64,000 nt of DNA, taken from Marsupella aquatica (Eukaryota; Plantae; Marchantiophyta). The notes under the pieces are model-generated. The model was not told the DNA's origin and did not search any database. It saw only the letters and a program-made list of their open reading frames with translations. The first letter of the stretch is position 1. The number at the start of each line of letters is the position of its first letter. Shown here in pieces: positions 36,480 to 48,453 of this stretch. The DNA lies in NCBI GenBank assembly GCA_973895155.1, contig OZ316897.1, positions 20,029,224 through 20,093,223 of the forward strand, in the 5' to 3' direction. Position numbers and translations under genes: made by a program.

Positions 36480-37470
36480 ATATTTCATTGCAAAACAAAT
36501 GTAGTGTGCAAGAAAGATGACATTACTCAATAAGTGTTGTTAGAAAATTATATTGTAGTGTAAAACAAGTATATGGGAAAAAGATGTCATTACTGGATAG
36601 ATGTTGATGTGTAAAAGATGGTGTTTGAGGAAAAGATAGCATTGCACAAAACATGTGGTTGCAAAAAATATGTTATGTAACAGACTAGCCCCGACTACCC
36701 GTTCTTTAAACGTGAATAGCGGGGAGGACAATAAAAATGTTACCAAAATATATTCCTTATTCACATATTTTGAAGGTTAATGAAATGATTAAAAAATTAT
36801 CATGCATATCATCTTTTCAATAATCATACATAACATACCATAGTACTCTTTTCTATGCATATCCCTAGTTTTTCTATCCTACATCACACTTATGCACATA
36901 TTTATGGTGGGGCCATAGAGATCAGTTTTTAATATAAATAAATACAAGTCATAACAAAAAACAGTCATGATTATCATTTGACATGACATACATCATAGAC
37001 ATCAGTTTTCTCATCATTCCATATGATGAACCATGAAGTTACGGTCTAGAGGTTTCACTCTAGAAGCCTAGGCCCCAACTCTAGCGTGTAATTGCAGATT
37101 TATAAGTAAGATGTTGTTTGTGGAAAACATTTGTTGCACAAATGATATCAATGCATAAAAGATGTTGTTTGTGGGAAAGATGTTGCGCAAAAGATGCCAT
37201 TGTGTCAAAGATGTCATTTGCAAAAAATATCATGATGTTGCTCAAAATTTGTCATCGTGAAAATTATATCATTTGTGGAGAGTCATTGTGCACAAGATGC
37301 CTATGCGTAAGTGATATTGTTTGCAAAACATAGGTGTTGCACAAATGATACTGTTGCGTAAAAGAGATTGTGGCCAAACCGATTGTTTGTAAAACATGTC
37401 ATTTGTAGAGAAGATAATGTTGTGTAAAAGATGACATTTATGGAAAAGATGAGGGAGAAAGATGTTACTC
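36480..37470. repeat. Degenerate ~20-bp minisatellite (aaagatg.t...tgtg.a), interrupted by an insert at ~36685-37100
   Basis: Recurrent aaagatg/aaaacat motifs at ~20-bp spacing on both sides of an unrelated AT-rich block. Confidence 0.5.
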
Positions 37471-39156
37471 GATGCTAGCCCCTCCAAGTTTCTTATGTGC
37501 ACAGGAGTCACTATGGGAACTTTGTTTTCTAATTATTTCAATCCTCTTTTCCTAAATTTCTAATAGTAATTTACATTTTATTTTACTGTTTTGTTGGGAC
37601 TACCCCTCCCCTCCTGTCCATGAATGGGAAGGGGCACTATCAGCGTTGGTCCTGGCTTGTGCATGGGGTGCTAGGACCTCCTATTTTCCTGTGCCCCCTA
37701 ATACACCATTGTTCCGGTCATCCCTTTGTTCTTTTACTTCTCTCTTTCTTTGGTATTCCTTTCACTTATTTTTTTGGCTCCTTGATCTCCTATATAGCTC
37801 CCCTTTTCCTGCCCTCTTTCTTTGGCATGGAAAAGGCTATGTTTTGTAAGACTACCACTGTAAAAGTGGCAGGACCTTGTAACTATTATACTTTTTAATT
37901 TTGGGCTGTGGCACTTATGGCTTGAGGAGCCTTCCCTTTAAACCAGATTCTCATCGCAACAACCAACGGACCCCCAACCAAAACTTGCAAATTTATGAAT
38001 TCACCCCAGCTCCAAAACATACCCAACATCCCCTTAATTTTCAACAGCCAAAACCCATATAAATAAAATCCCCGGGAAAATCCCTCAACCAACAAATGAT
38101 TAAAACACTAACTCCAATTTTCAGCCCTCCCCATTACATTGAATCCTAACTCAACCCTTGATGGTTTTCTTTCAGAAAATCCAAGGTATAGAAAACAAAA
38201 GATTGCACCCTGATTCTATCCCCACCCTAAACCTAACCTAGAACTAAGCCAGCCTAAGCCACTAACTTAAGAAAACCGTACAATAATATAAGCTGTAAGG
38301 CTTTTCCATACCTTCAAATAACTCTCATCTCTTGTATCTACTTTGTTGGAACTATGCAAATTGAATCTTTGTAAAATTTTCCAAAGAAATACAAAATAAA
38401 CTCAGTTAGCTTCAAGTGCATTGAGCCCTAACATTTTGTGAAAATCCCTTTATGTGGAGTGTAGGGTCAGCGACAAGGAAAAATTTTGACACCTCGTGCG
38501 GCCATCATGATCTGGACGGAATAGTAGGAAGAAACCTCACTACTTAGAGACTAGTGGCAACCTTTTCTTGGCTACTAGGGGACCCTGGTGAATCCAGGAC
38601 CATTGGATAGGCACTGAGCCAGTTATGGCAACTCCACCCTTGACTTGATATGGGTTGGGTGAATGAACATTAGTATTCTCGCAGTTTTCTTGGTGCCATT
38701 TGCCAATGCCAATAAGGGGCCTGGGTAGCACATACCTATGTCGTGAGGGGCCTTCTTCAATTATTTTTGCCCTCCTTGTGAGTCTACCCTAGTTTGTAAT
38801 TTCATAGAAAGTTATGAGCATTGAATCCGTTGCCAGCTTGGCCCCAACATTCCCTGAGTTGAATCTGTGTGTTAGAGGCACAAATCAAGCCTATGACTCT
38901 TCCCAAGTAGAGTTTTTTGAATACTCAGTCACAAGCAATGTTTATGCTTGGTAATACATGGGTTGTATGGGGGTAAGTTATTGACTGATTGGGCTCTGCA
39001 TCCTTGGGAATTATTCCCCATAACCAGCATGTTTTTAAATGGAAAACAATTGCCAAATTCCACCTCAATTGTTTCCCATCAGCCAGTTTCCTACCTAGCT
39101 AGCCGCAAACCCCATTAGCCAAATCCAACAGCTATCTTTAAACTTGGGGACCCTAA

Positions 39157-40690
39157 GAGGTATATGCTTGATGGGACCTCTAGCATAACTTTTTTAGGTG
39201 ATGGGCCCCTATGAAAGTTTTGCTACCTACTAGGGCACATTTTGGGTGAAATTTTTGTTATCTACTAGGACCCCCACTAGGACCCCTCTTAATGAGCCAC
39301 ACAAGAAGTTCTTCTACATGGAGGACCTACACAGTTTTTGGCCTCAACTTACCACATCATTGTGTAGTTTCATTCTATGGTTTACCAAGTTTCTCCATTT
39401 GCAATCAGGGTCGCATGTATTCAATTTCCTACAGTTCTAATTAACGCAGTCTTTTGCTGTCATTTGGTGAAGACATTATGTTTTATGTCTTCAGATCAAT
39501 TACTTAGGGTGTGGTAGTGTCGGTTCCATCTTGTTGGTTTTATGGGCGATCATTGTTTTGTTGTGGATTTTATGTTTTCAAAATATGGGCAGAGGCAATG
39601 ACAATGGTGATTTTTTGTGGGCTTAGACTTTTGATTATTGCTTAGTGATTGGTGATGGCCTTTGAGAGGCTCTTGCAATCTGTTTCATGAACGGGATTTA
39701 TGATTGTGGCATGCTACAAAAAAATACCGCATGTGACTATAATTGGGCTTAAGTTTTTTTTAACTTTGTCTGCATGTGGAGTACTTTCTTCCTCCTCTTG
39801 CTCTTCATGATTTCCAACCATCTAAGCATTCTCTTGCCGTCCATAAACTTGGGCCATTCAGATTTCTTGATGAAAGCAGGTTTGCCGGGCTCTCCATGCC
39901 ATCTGGACTTTCCCTTCCTTACAATCACTCAGGCCCGATCATATGAAATAATAATGCATTTTGAGCGAGCAAAAAGTTGCGATTATATGATGGCTTTGCA
40001 TCCTGAGGTTTTTGCCTAGTAAATACTAAGACAAATTATCAAGAGGAGTATGTTGCATTGTGAGCCCGAGATCATGTTTTGAGAAATGAATATTCATGAA
40101 CATTTGATCCACAGATTGTATTACAGCTCCTGATATTCCACCTGTCTTTACATCACCAGCAACGACTGCACCTAGCAGAGTTGCATCACGTCCCTCGTAG
40201 TGTTGGTGCAAACTCCCCGCTGCTATGCACGCACGGATAGTTGCACCGAGAAAAATGTCAGGAACATTGTGAGTAGACCCTGGGTAGCTTGCGTGAAAGT
40301 AAATAAACCTAATGAAAAGCCCTTGTGAATACTGTGGTATGGTAAAAATTCAAATTGGAAGACATTAACCATATTGTCTTCACTTAAGTTACATTGCGTT
40401 AGGGCCATGGGGTGGCCACTATTTGCGGTTCTCCCAACCCTATACTGACCATCCAAGGTGGGCCTTGTTTTTGACTGTGCTGTTTGTGGTTTAGGCATGG
40501 TTGTCACAATAGCTATTTATTGGTCACACTATCAAGCAAAAACTTGTTATAGAAACTGCCGCAAGAACTTCAGACATAAAATTGCCAGAGGGGTCCTAGT
40601 TGGTAAGAATACTTTTGTAAGGTCCTATGAGGTGAAAAAGTTCTGCTAGGGGTCCCATCGAGTGCTAGGGGTCCCATCAAGCATATATCT
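39157..40690. mobile_element. Non-autonomous DNA transposon remnant with long TIRs (MULE-like)
   Basis: gaggtatatgcttgatgggacctctagca...actaggacccctc (39157-39290) is the imperfect reverse complement of gaggggtcctagt...tgctaggggtcccatcaagcatatatctc (40588-40690). An internal ACDYNWA* weakly resembles a SWIM zinc finger. Confidence 0.6.
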
Positions 40691-41371
40691 CAAACACGTA
40701 AGGGTCATAAATTATTCGAGGGAAATTACAGATATATGCTTGAGGGACCCCTAAATTGAAAAGTCTTACTTGATGGATCCAATGAGGCCTCAATGAGGTT
40801 TTGGCCGGGTATGTTGATTTAAGGTCTATAAAGGATCTCAATCACTCATGGGTCCATCACGTAACTCTTTTCATTTTGGGGGTGGTCCATGAAATATATT
40901 AGATAAGGAATATCCTTAGCATTTTCGCCTTTCACACAAGGTGACATTTGCCACATTTGCCATTCGTCCCAAGAAGGAAAACCCCTAAAATTACCCGGCC
41001 CAAAACCCCTATACCCACCACAGCCCTGCAACTACAGTAATTATTTGAGAAGCTCCCAGCCAACAATGGGTGGGGCCTTCCCTGACGAGGCAGGATCGAG
41101 AAGCGAACACGTTGGTGACTTCTTGAGGAGTTGAGAAAGTGGGAATGGGAGTTTGGGATGGCATTGCTACCTGGCGGGTGGCCAACGTGAGCCAATGAAA
41201 GTGGAAGCAAATCCAAACACATCACAAAGAAAATCTTCACTCCCGGCCTCCTGAAGTCACACAGACAGAGCTGGGAACAAACAAATGCGTGTTGGGTTCC
41301 AGGGAAGATTTAGAGAGAGCTGAAGAGTAGAGAGCAACAAATCCATAGCATAGGAGAGTAGAGAGGGAGCC

Positions 41372-44070
41372 ATGGCTATGGCTGGAGCCGAGAGCTCCTC
41401 CAACGGCAGCAGAGGGAGGGAGCTCACCCTTAGCTTGATGCCCCAGCATCAGAACCACGAGCGAAGTGAGGGGCTCCCGTGGGCAGCTTTGCTATCACAA
41501 TTGCAGAACCGCGTTAGTCAAGTGCAAGCTGACTTGAATCAGCACTTCCAGGCACGCCTACTAGTATGTGTTTCTAACCTTCTCACCTGTCTCTCGAGCT
41601 CCTCGTCCAGACATTGCTGTTATGGTCGATTTTGGAAATGGGTTGCTTGGTCTCGAGATGGGTAGCTCTATCAACTGGAAGGAAATCTCAAATCTGCAAA
41701 ATGGGATCCAATGTTGAGACGAATGGGGAATTTTCTCCCCACCCCGTTCTCCTCCACACACACTGGCCTTTCTTCTCTGTTTTCTCGGATTTCATGTGTG
41801 CGCGTCTAATTCAGCAGACTTCCACACGCTCTTGTATCGTGGGCGCATTTGGGTATGTTGAGTGAGCGACTGTAGAAGAACGAATATGGCTGACGACATG
41901 AGCCGTGGCGATGCCCTTCGTGTTCCCTGACATTGAAGTGTAATGCTACGGTGGATGCCTGCCTTTGGTGTTGTATCCATACAGCTTGCCGTTGTCGTCA
42001 TGACTAGGATTTGCTTCAGACTTTGCTCGATTGGGCTATGGGGAGGAGAATGCTTGAAGAATCTTGTTGGGTTGGAGCATTACAGTTGACTAAGCTGTCC
42101 TTCCAAGAAGACCTGGGGTTTGAGGCCGTTTCTGGGTGTTTCTTGCTGCAGAATTCCGGTGTTGGTATATGTGCTGATGTGTATGAATTGGGTAGCGTGA
42201 CTAGATGTGTATTGTTGGAGGAGGCTCATTCTTAGACCATGATTTGGATGGAAGGACTGGGTCATGGAGGATTCTTCTCCCTGTTAGAATCTAAACAATG
42301 CTTCCCCTGACTGGCCAAACGAAGCAGAGAAGGAACGGAGGCTGGCAGGTTGGCGGATGGGGAAGACGGGAGAGGCGTCAAACTGAGAGAATAGCATTGA
42401 GAGGTGGGCGCTTCGCAGCCATTATACCGGGCGACTCTGTGGCAGAGACGGTGATCACAAGCGGAATTTTCAACTTCTTGAACATCTACAATACTCTCCT
42501 TGTCGCTAGGTTGATCTTGACCTGGTTTCCTGATCCCCCGGCGATCATTGCCAATCCCCTGAGGTACTTCTTTCCCTCTTGTGCGACACTACTTATTGCC
42601 TTAGGCTTGTGGATGATCGAAAAGAAATTGGAAGTGTCAATGTAGGGTTCTCAAGTTTCCCTGGATGTTCCGGAAGGACTCTCTTAGCTTGCAGAATTGA
42701 TGTCCTCCCTTGCGGAAACTTGGAATGGTTGATTTTTCCCTTGTCTTTTGTGATCTCCCTTCCTTTCCTTGTCAAGGAAAATCTTTTGAGTGGTTTAACC
42801 TTTGGGGGCTTGGCGGAACTTCGAGAGTTTAGGTCTCCTCTTGCTCGGGAGTGTCCTGGCAACTGAGCCTCTTAAAACGTCCTAAAGCCGTTGTCCTGGC
42901 ACAGTGAAGTCAACTACTTGAGAGGGTTGGACTTCTACGTCTAGCATAAAATCAATTAATGCAGAGAGTTGGAGCCTGGTGTAAGTCCAGGAGAAGTTGC
43001 CTGCTGTTTCAGAATCTAACGGAATCCTGATGGGCGTCGGTGGCTGTTGCAGCACCATCTGTGATCCCTACCTGAATATATTTCGAGGTATAATACCGCC
43101 TTTGGGACAGATTGATCTGTCACCAGTTCTGGCCTTCTTGGCATTGAATGTCTTCACCAATGCAGCTGCTGCCCTCCCAGCGGAACTACCCTCCAACAGG
43201 GCGGCTGCTCAAAGTCCTCCAGCCAACCTTTTAACCTGGCGACAGCGTGCACAGTTGAAGAAAGGGAAAAAGCCCGTAAGAGCTGCTGAGGAGTCAAATG
43301 AATAGAGTATGTATGTTAATTGAGTTTTTGCTATATGCACTTTTGGAGTGCGTTTACCGATTCAGAGGAACTTTAAGTAATAAGACCAGTGACTCTGACC
43401 TGCTTGTCGGTTGAATATATGAAATGAATGTATTTGATGGTAGTCTCAGTATGGCTCCTTGTACGTCCTCAGCTCTGGTCACAACAGAGTTGAAATATAA
43501 GCGACACCTTCCCAGTGGCAGAAGTAGCTTTGATTTAATCTTGAAATGGAACTGTCCCAATGCAAAGAAAGCGATTCACATGTGGCCTTCATACACCCTC
43601 TCTATTTACTAAAATTGATGTGAACCTGCCAACTGACTGCTGATTGGTTGCCAAATACCAACTGCCAAGGGTAGATACTCAGGTTTGACTCCTCTCAACA
43701 CCAGCGGCAGTGTGGGCACCAGGAGATTCACTGTTGCATAAACACACGCAGCTAGCTAGTTCTTATGTAGTTGTTCATTGATGAAGTGCTAATGGAGTTC
43801 CTGGGTGTGGGGATGTGTTGCAGTACTATCTGTGATCCTTATCTGAACATTTTTCGAGGCATCATTCCTCCTCTTGGTGGAACCCTGGACCTCTCTCCAA
43901 TTTTGGCCTTTTTGGCTCTGGATGTCTTCACCAACACAGCTACAGCGCTACCGTGTGAACTTCCTTCGTCAACACTAGCTGCCAAAAACCCATCAGGGAA
44001 CCATTCAAATTGGCTTCAACTGGTGCAAATGAAGAAAGTTCGTCTCAGGCACACTAAAAGGGACGAATAA
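41372..44070 (+). CDS. YLMG2: YLMG2 (YGGT family plastid membrane protein) with two alternative terminal exons
   Basis: FAAIIPGDSVAE...NFLNIYNTLLVARLILTWFPDPPAIIANPL ends at the donor after 42563 and joins STICDPYLNIFRGIIPPLG..DLSP.LAFL in either 43053-43305 or 43824-44070. The 5' exon(s) from ATG 41372 are tentative. Confidence 0.88.
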
Positions 44071-45493
44071 TATAGAGCAGGCATGCTGTGGAAGTTTGCC
44101 AGTTTCATGTTTCAATCATTGAAGTAGATTGTAGAACAGTGATTGTCGAACAGTAACTTCAGGGGGCCACTCTAGTTATTCCAATTTGAAAATTTATCCA
44201 TCCATCCAAATTCAAATAAAGCAATTTTGTTGTATCAACGACCCAATACGTTGTGTGCTCTAGTCGTTACTCATGGAGGTCGCCTTCTGCGGTCCACCTT
44301 TGGGAATTGTGCATCTGGAGGAAGGGGAGATTATTCTCCACTTGAAAGAGTTATCGTGAAGGTCGCACCTTTGGGTTACATAGCGATGTGATGACAGCTC
44401 GTCTTTAATTGCATGTCTTAGACCTTCTCTTCTCTTCTCTTCTGCTTTGCTTTGGGTTTATGTGAGGATGGAACAATGACCTTGGCAGTCAATCGAAACT
44501 ATGGATCTGGTCAACGAACAGCACTTTTGAAGACCAAGTGGAGATCAGATGTGGTAAGGAGCCTCCTGGGTTTCACTGGAGTTCAACCCTGGAGAGGATC
44601 ATGAGGTGTTCGGCATTATGAGTCTCGAAGTGCCTAGCATTCGGATTACACTGAGTGTTTTTCTGAATGAATCATTAGATATTAAATCCGAATTTGGCTT
44701 GGGAGGACAGAGTGTTCCAACAAGTTCAATGATTTGTTCACTGCTTAATGCTAATTTGACGTCGTCAGTGACTAAACCCTGAACCCTACACCTTGGAGCC
44801 AGGCTTTAGGTTTCTTTCAAGGTTACGCTCTCCTACAAACAAACAAATCATCACCTCAACAAAGTCTCCTGCCGAATCTGGTTACCCTAGGACACGAAAA
44901 GATCGGAGCCCATGTAGAAATCAAAAGTGAAAATGGGAACCCCATTAAGAAACCGTAAACACAGACGAAAACCCTTCAATAATTTACTAAAAGATTGTAA
45001 GGTCTCACGAAGAAAACACATAAAAAACCCAGTAAGAAACCACATGGAAATATGAGAATGGCGTTAAGAAATCAGGAGAGAGGAATCCTAATAAGATACC
45101 AAAGCATAACCCCGTAAAGTGAAGCGTAAAAACAGTGGCACTAAGGCGAACAGATTATCTGAGCTACTGTGTACAAAAAGATTTGCTCGTAGGATTGCAA
45201 ATTCTTCTTGAAGCAAAGCTTGCTTCACATGATTTTGCGGAGGTCGATTGAACGTAAGAGACGCAACCTTGCCTCGAAGCAATCGACAATCTTGCCTCGT
45301 CAGTACAGAGTATTCTAGAGGGCATGGCGGGCTAGCGTTCAGTCCGCCTTATCATTGCGGAAACAATGCCTCTTTTATGGAAGAGGGTTTAGCGTATGTT
45401 TGGAAAAGGATTGCCCCCCTCATTCGGAGCAGGGTGAGCATTCTGTTTGCAAGAAGTCCAAGCGAGGGAGCGGCACGAGGCCAGGGAGGAGTG

Positions 45494-47552
45494 ATGGCAT
45501 CACCGCCCATTCATCCCGTGCTGGAGTCGTCGGTCTCGTTTCTCTTGGGGACATGGCGTGGCGAAGGCGAGGGAGGGTTTCCAACAATCAAATCCTTCAA
45601 GTATGGCGAAGAAATCAAGCTGTGGCATGTCGGCAAGGTAGTCCAATGATTCATCCGGGAATTTGATTGTGGTGCTTGCAGTTCAACTACACAAAAATCC
45701 CTTCCTTCTCTTGTCCTCGTCCGAATGGCAGGCTCACTTCGAGTTCTTCCATGTCATTCCACTTCGCTCATGTGCCTGCGGGTGTCGAGCGAGTTCCCCA
45801 TCTGGTCCTACCCGTTGCAGAGATAACAAAATGCTGCTCATGAAAAGGCCGGAGGTACACAATTGAAGCAAGGGTTGGAAGTCTCCGACTGCCGCCAGAA
45901 GAGGCTTGACCTCCATTCCTTACAAAGAATTTTCTTGCCTACAGCGCCGCCTAGCTCCTAAAATGAGAAATGACGCAATTTATTCACATTCTGTGCCAAC
46001 CACGGACATTTCAATCCCCTATTTCGGATGGGAGCGAGAACATTGAAATGCTATGTGATGGCACATCTGCGTATATTTGCAATTTATTTGAGTTCAACGA
46101 TTCTATCCTCACTTTCTCCCAAGGACTTAGAGCACCATTCATTCTGCCAGACAAAGACAAGAGAGGGAATGTTTATGCTGCGCAAGGTCTCTATGCAAGC
46201 GAGTTGGTCCTGACCAGGCCTTTTTCTTAAGCTTTGATGGTGTTTGTCCATTCTCTCAAAATTTTGAAACTCCTCAAGTATAACCTGTACTTTTGTCCAA
46301 CCCATGGTATGCAGCCCATGATGGCCTACACGCAAAGAACGTGGAAATCAGCATCCGGAGAACCCATGCACGCGGAGAGTGGTTTCTTTCGTCCGAAGCC
46401 AGACGGGTCGATTGAGGCCGTAATTGCCCAGAGTACTGGTCTTGCAGAAGTTCAGGTATTGTCTTCTCTCCGGCTCACTACGAATGATAGCGAGAACAAA
46501 GATGAGGTAGTCTGTGCCAGAAGGTTTGCCCTGCATTGTCTCAAATTGGCTTAGTTTTGAGCCAAATGGAATTGGATTTGATGTCCCCTGTGTTTGTTTG
46601 GTTATCTTCTGTTTGACTCTAGGAGATTGGAATGCCTGGGTGTACTTTATAGTGCACCATTCTCAACGTTTTTTTAGATGCATTTGGAATTTCGAGGGTT
46701 ATACCTGCTACTGAACCAAAGCGTGAACGTCGTAGCCGTTTAGCACGGCTCTAGGAGAATAGGGGGACTCAAATATAGGCCGTGGCTTGTTTCCCGGCCA
46801 TCCGAGTTAGGTTCGGGTGGACGTGACTGTAAAGGTGTGCGGCAGCCCCCAGAGCAGGTCTGCACACTGTTGCCGCGGGGTTTGAGTGTCTCCTGGCCTA
46901 AGCAGTCGCCCCAGGGATTAGGGTGACATGTTTGAAAATTTTTCGGGTCATCGATGCGTGCGCCAGCTGGGTGACGAACACACATGCCACCCCGTGATTT
47001 TTCGATGGGAGAGTGACACTCTTCGTTGCCTGCATCAGTTCTCTATTTCCGCACCACTGGTATCCCGGTGCGTCCAAAAGTTAAAACCCCAAAAAATTCA
47101 AGCCCGTGAAATGAGCCTGCGGTCACCCTTACGGACATGAGAGTCATTCCGCGGCAGGATGACCCGTCCCTAATTTTGAGACCCCCTAATGGATAGCCCT
47201 ACGTTTTCACTATCTCGATGTCTCTGCTTACCTTTCCACTGTCTGCAGAAAGGAACCTATGATTTTGAGAAGAAAACTTTGGAGCTTCGAAGCAGTTTAA
47301 TTGGCAACGCATCCAAGGTTGGTAACGTCGAAGTCATCGTTCTCTGCTAATGTCGTATCTCCCTGAAAAATTAGAGTAGAAATTGTTTGTTGCATTTATC
47401 CTCAGATCCGTGATATTTCTTTATTCTAGGTGGTTGAGATTACAAGAAAGTTCGCCTTGGAAGGCGATGAGCTGCGGTACAGCGTTGATATGGCCACCCA
47501 GACGAATGAGCTTCAGCCTCATCTACATGCTGTGTTGAAAAAAGTGCCTTGA
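45494..47552 (+). CDS. Nitrobindin / THAP4-like heme-binding beta-barrel protein (At1g79260 family), 4 exons
   Basis: SFLLGTWRGEGEGGFPTIKSFKYGEEI, PMHAESGFFRP, VIAQSTGLAEVQKG and DMAT...LQPHL.A.LKK. Exons 45494-45637, 46315-46455, 47249-47317 and 47430-47552. Confidence 0.93.
46761..47187. mobile_element. MITE in nitrobindin intron 2
   Basis: TIRs agggggactcaaatatagg and cctaattttgagaccccct, flanked by aat...aat (or TA...TA if the termini are GGGGG/CCCCC). Confidence 0.7.
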
Positions 47553-47967
47553 TGGGATCAATATCCTGGATAAAGAATTTGATACAAATTGATTCCACAC
47601 TCTCATCATCTAGGAGGCCCAGTATTGGTGGCAATTCTGACGACAGCAGGTTAAATGGAGATCCAGGTTATATGGCACCAACATAGGTGGTCAAATGTCG
47701 ACACGGAAAGATTCTAAGTCTCCTGTGCATATAGTTGTTCCCTCCTTCGGTCCCTGGGCTCTTGTTGCAAAGTAGGCCTGGGATGAAGTCCTCACGCTGC
47801 ATGCTTGGTGGTGATGGCGATTTTCAATCTCCCAATCAGATTTTGGCTCCCTGGAAGAGTGAAGTAATACAGTTTTGAAGTATATAAAATGACATTGTTT
47901 CTTGTTGTACATCTCTCTTTAATCTTTTCCTCTCAAACGCGAGAATATCTTCAGGTTCTCCTTCTTT

Positions 47968-48051
47968 CTTTCTCTTGGATTGTAACTTTGGAGTCTTTCT
48001 CTTGGATTGTAACTTTGGAGCTCCATTTCCATTTCCATTTCCATTTCCATT
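47968..48051. repeat. 27-bp tandem duplication plus (ATTTCC)n microsatellite
   Basis: tttctcttggattgtaactttggag occurs twice; ccatttccatttccatttcc follows. Confidence 0.8.
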
Positions 48052-48335
48052 GGATGGGCTTAATGGACTGGGCATTGAGGGTTGAGAAAGCTATCCTATT
48101 GTCCCGGAGTAAGGATTTTGATCCAATTGGGTTCATGTACTGAGATAAACTTTATAGTTACCATTTTTAGTACTGCAGTGGAGTGAACGTAGTGTCAATC
48201 TCGTCTTGAAGTTCCCTAGAAACATTTCACTTCCTAGATCCGCTGTCGGGTTCAAATTGACGAAATGACAGGGGATAACCAAGTTTATCGAAGTTCTACC
48301 AGCATTTGCTGTAATTTACATGCCTGTTCCTCTGG

Positions 48336-48453
48336 GGTGACCACTGAAGGTAAGGACTACTGCCTGAGCTATCAGCTGGTTCCTGAGGCTCCCTGTTGAC
48401 CACTGAAGGTAACGACTACTGCCTGAGCTATCAGCTGGTTCCTGAGGCTCCCT
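48336..48453. repeat. 60-bp tandem duplication
   Basis: tgaccactgaaggtaa.gactactgcctgagctatcagctggttcctgaggctccct occurs twice. Confidence 0.9.

Noticed and set aside
38220-38245. Telomere-like accctaaacctaacct (also ~44773)
   Set aside because: Only 1-2 degenerate units, not an array.
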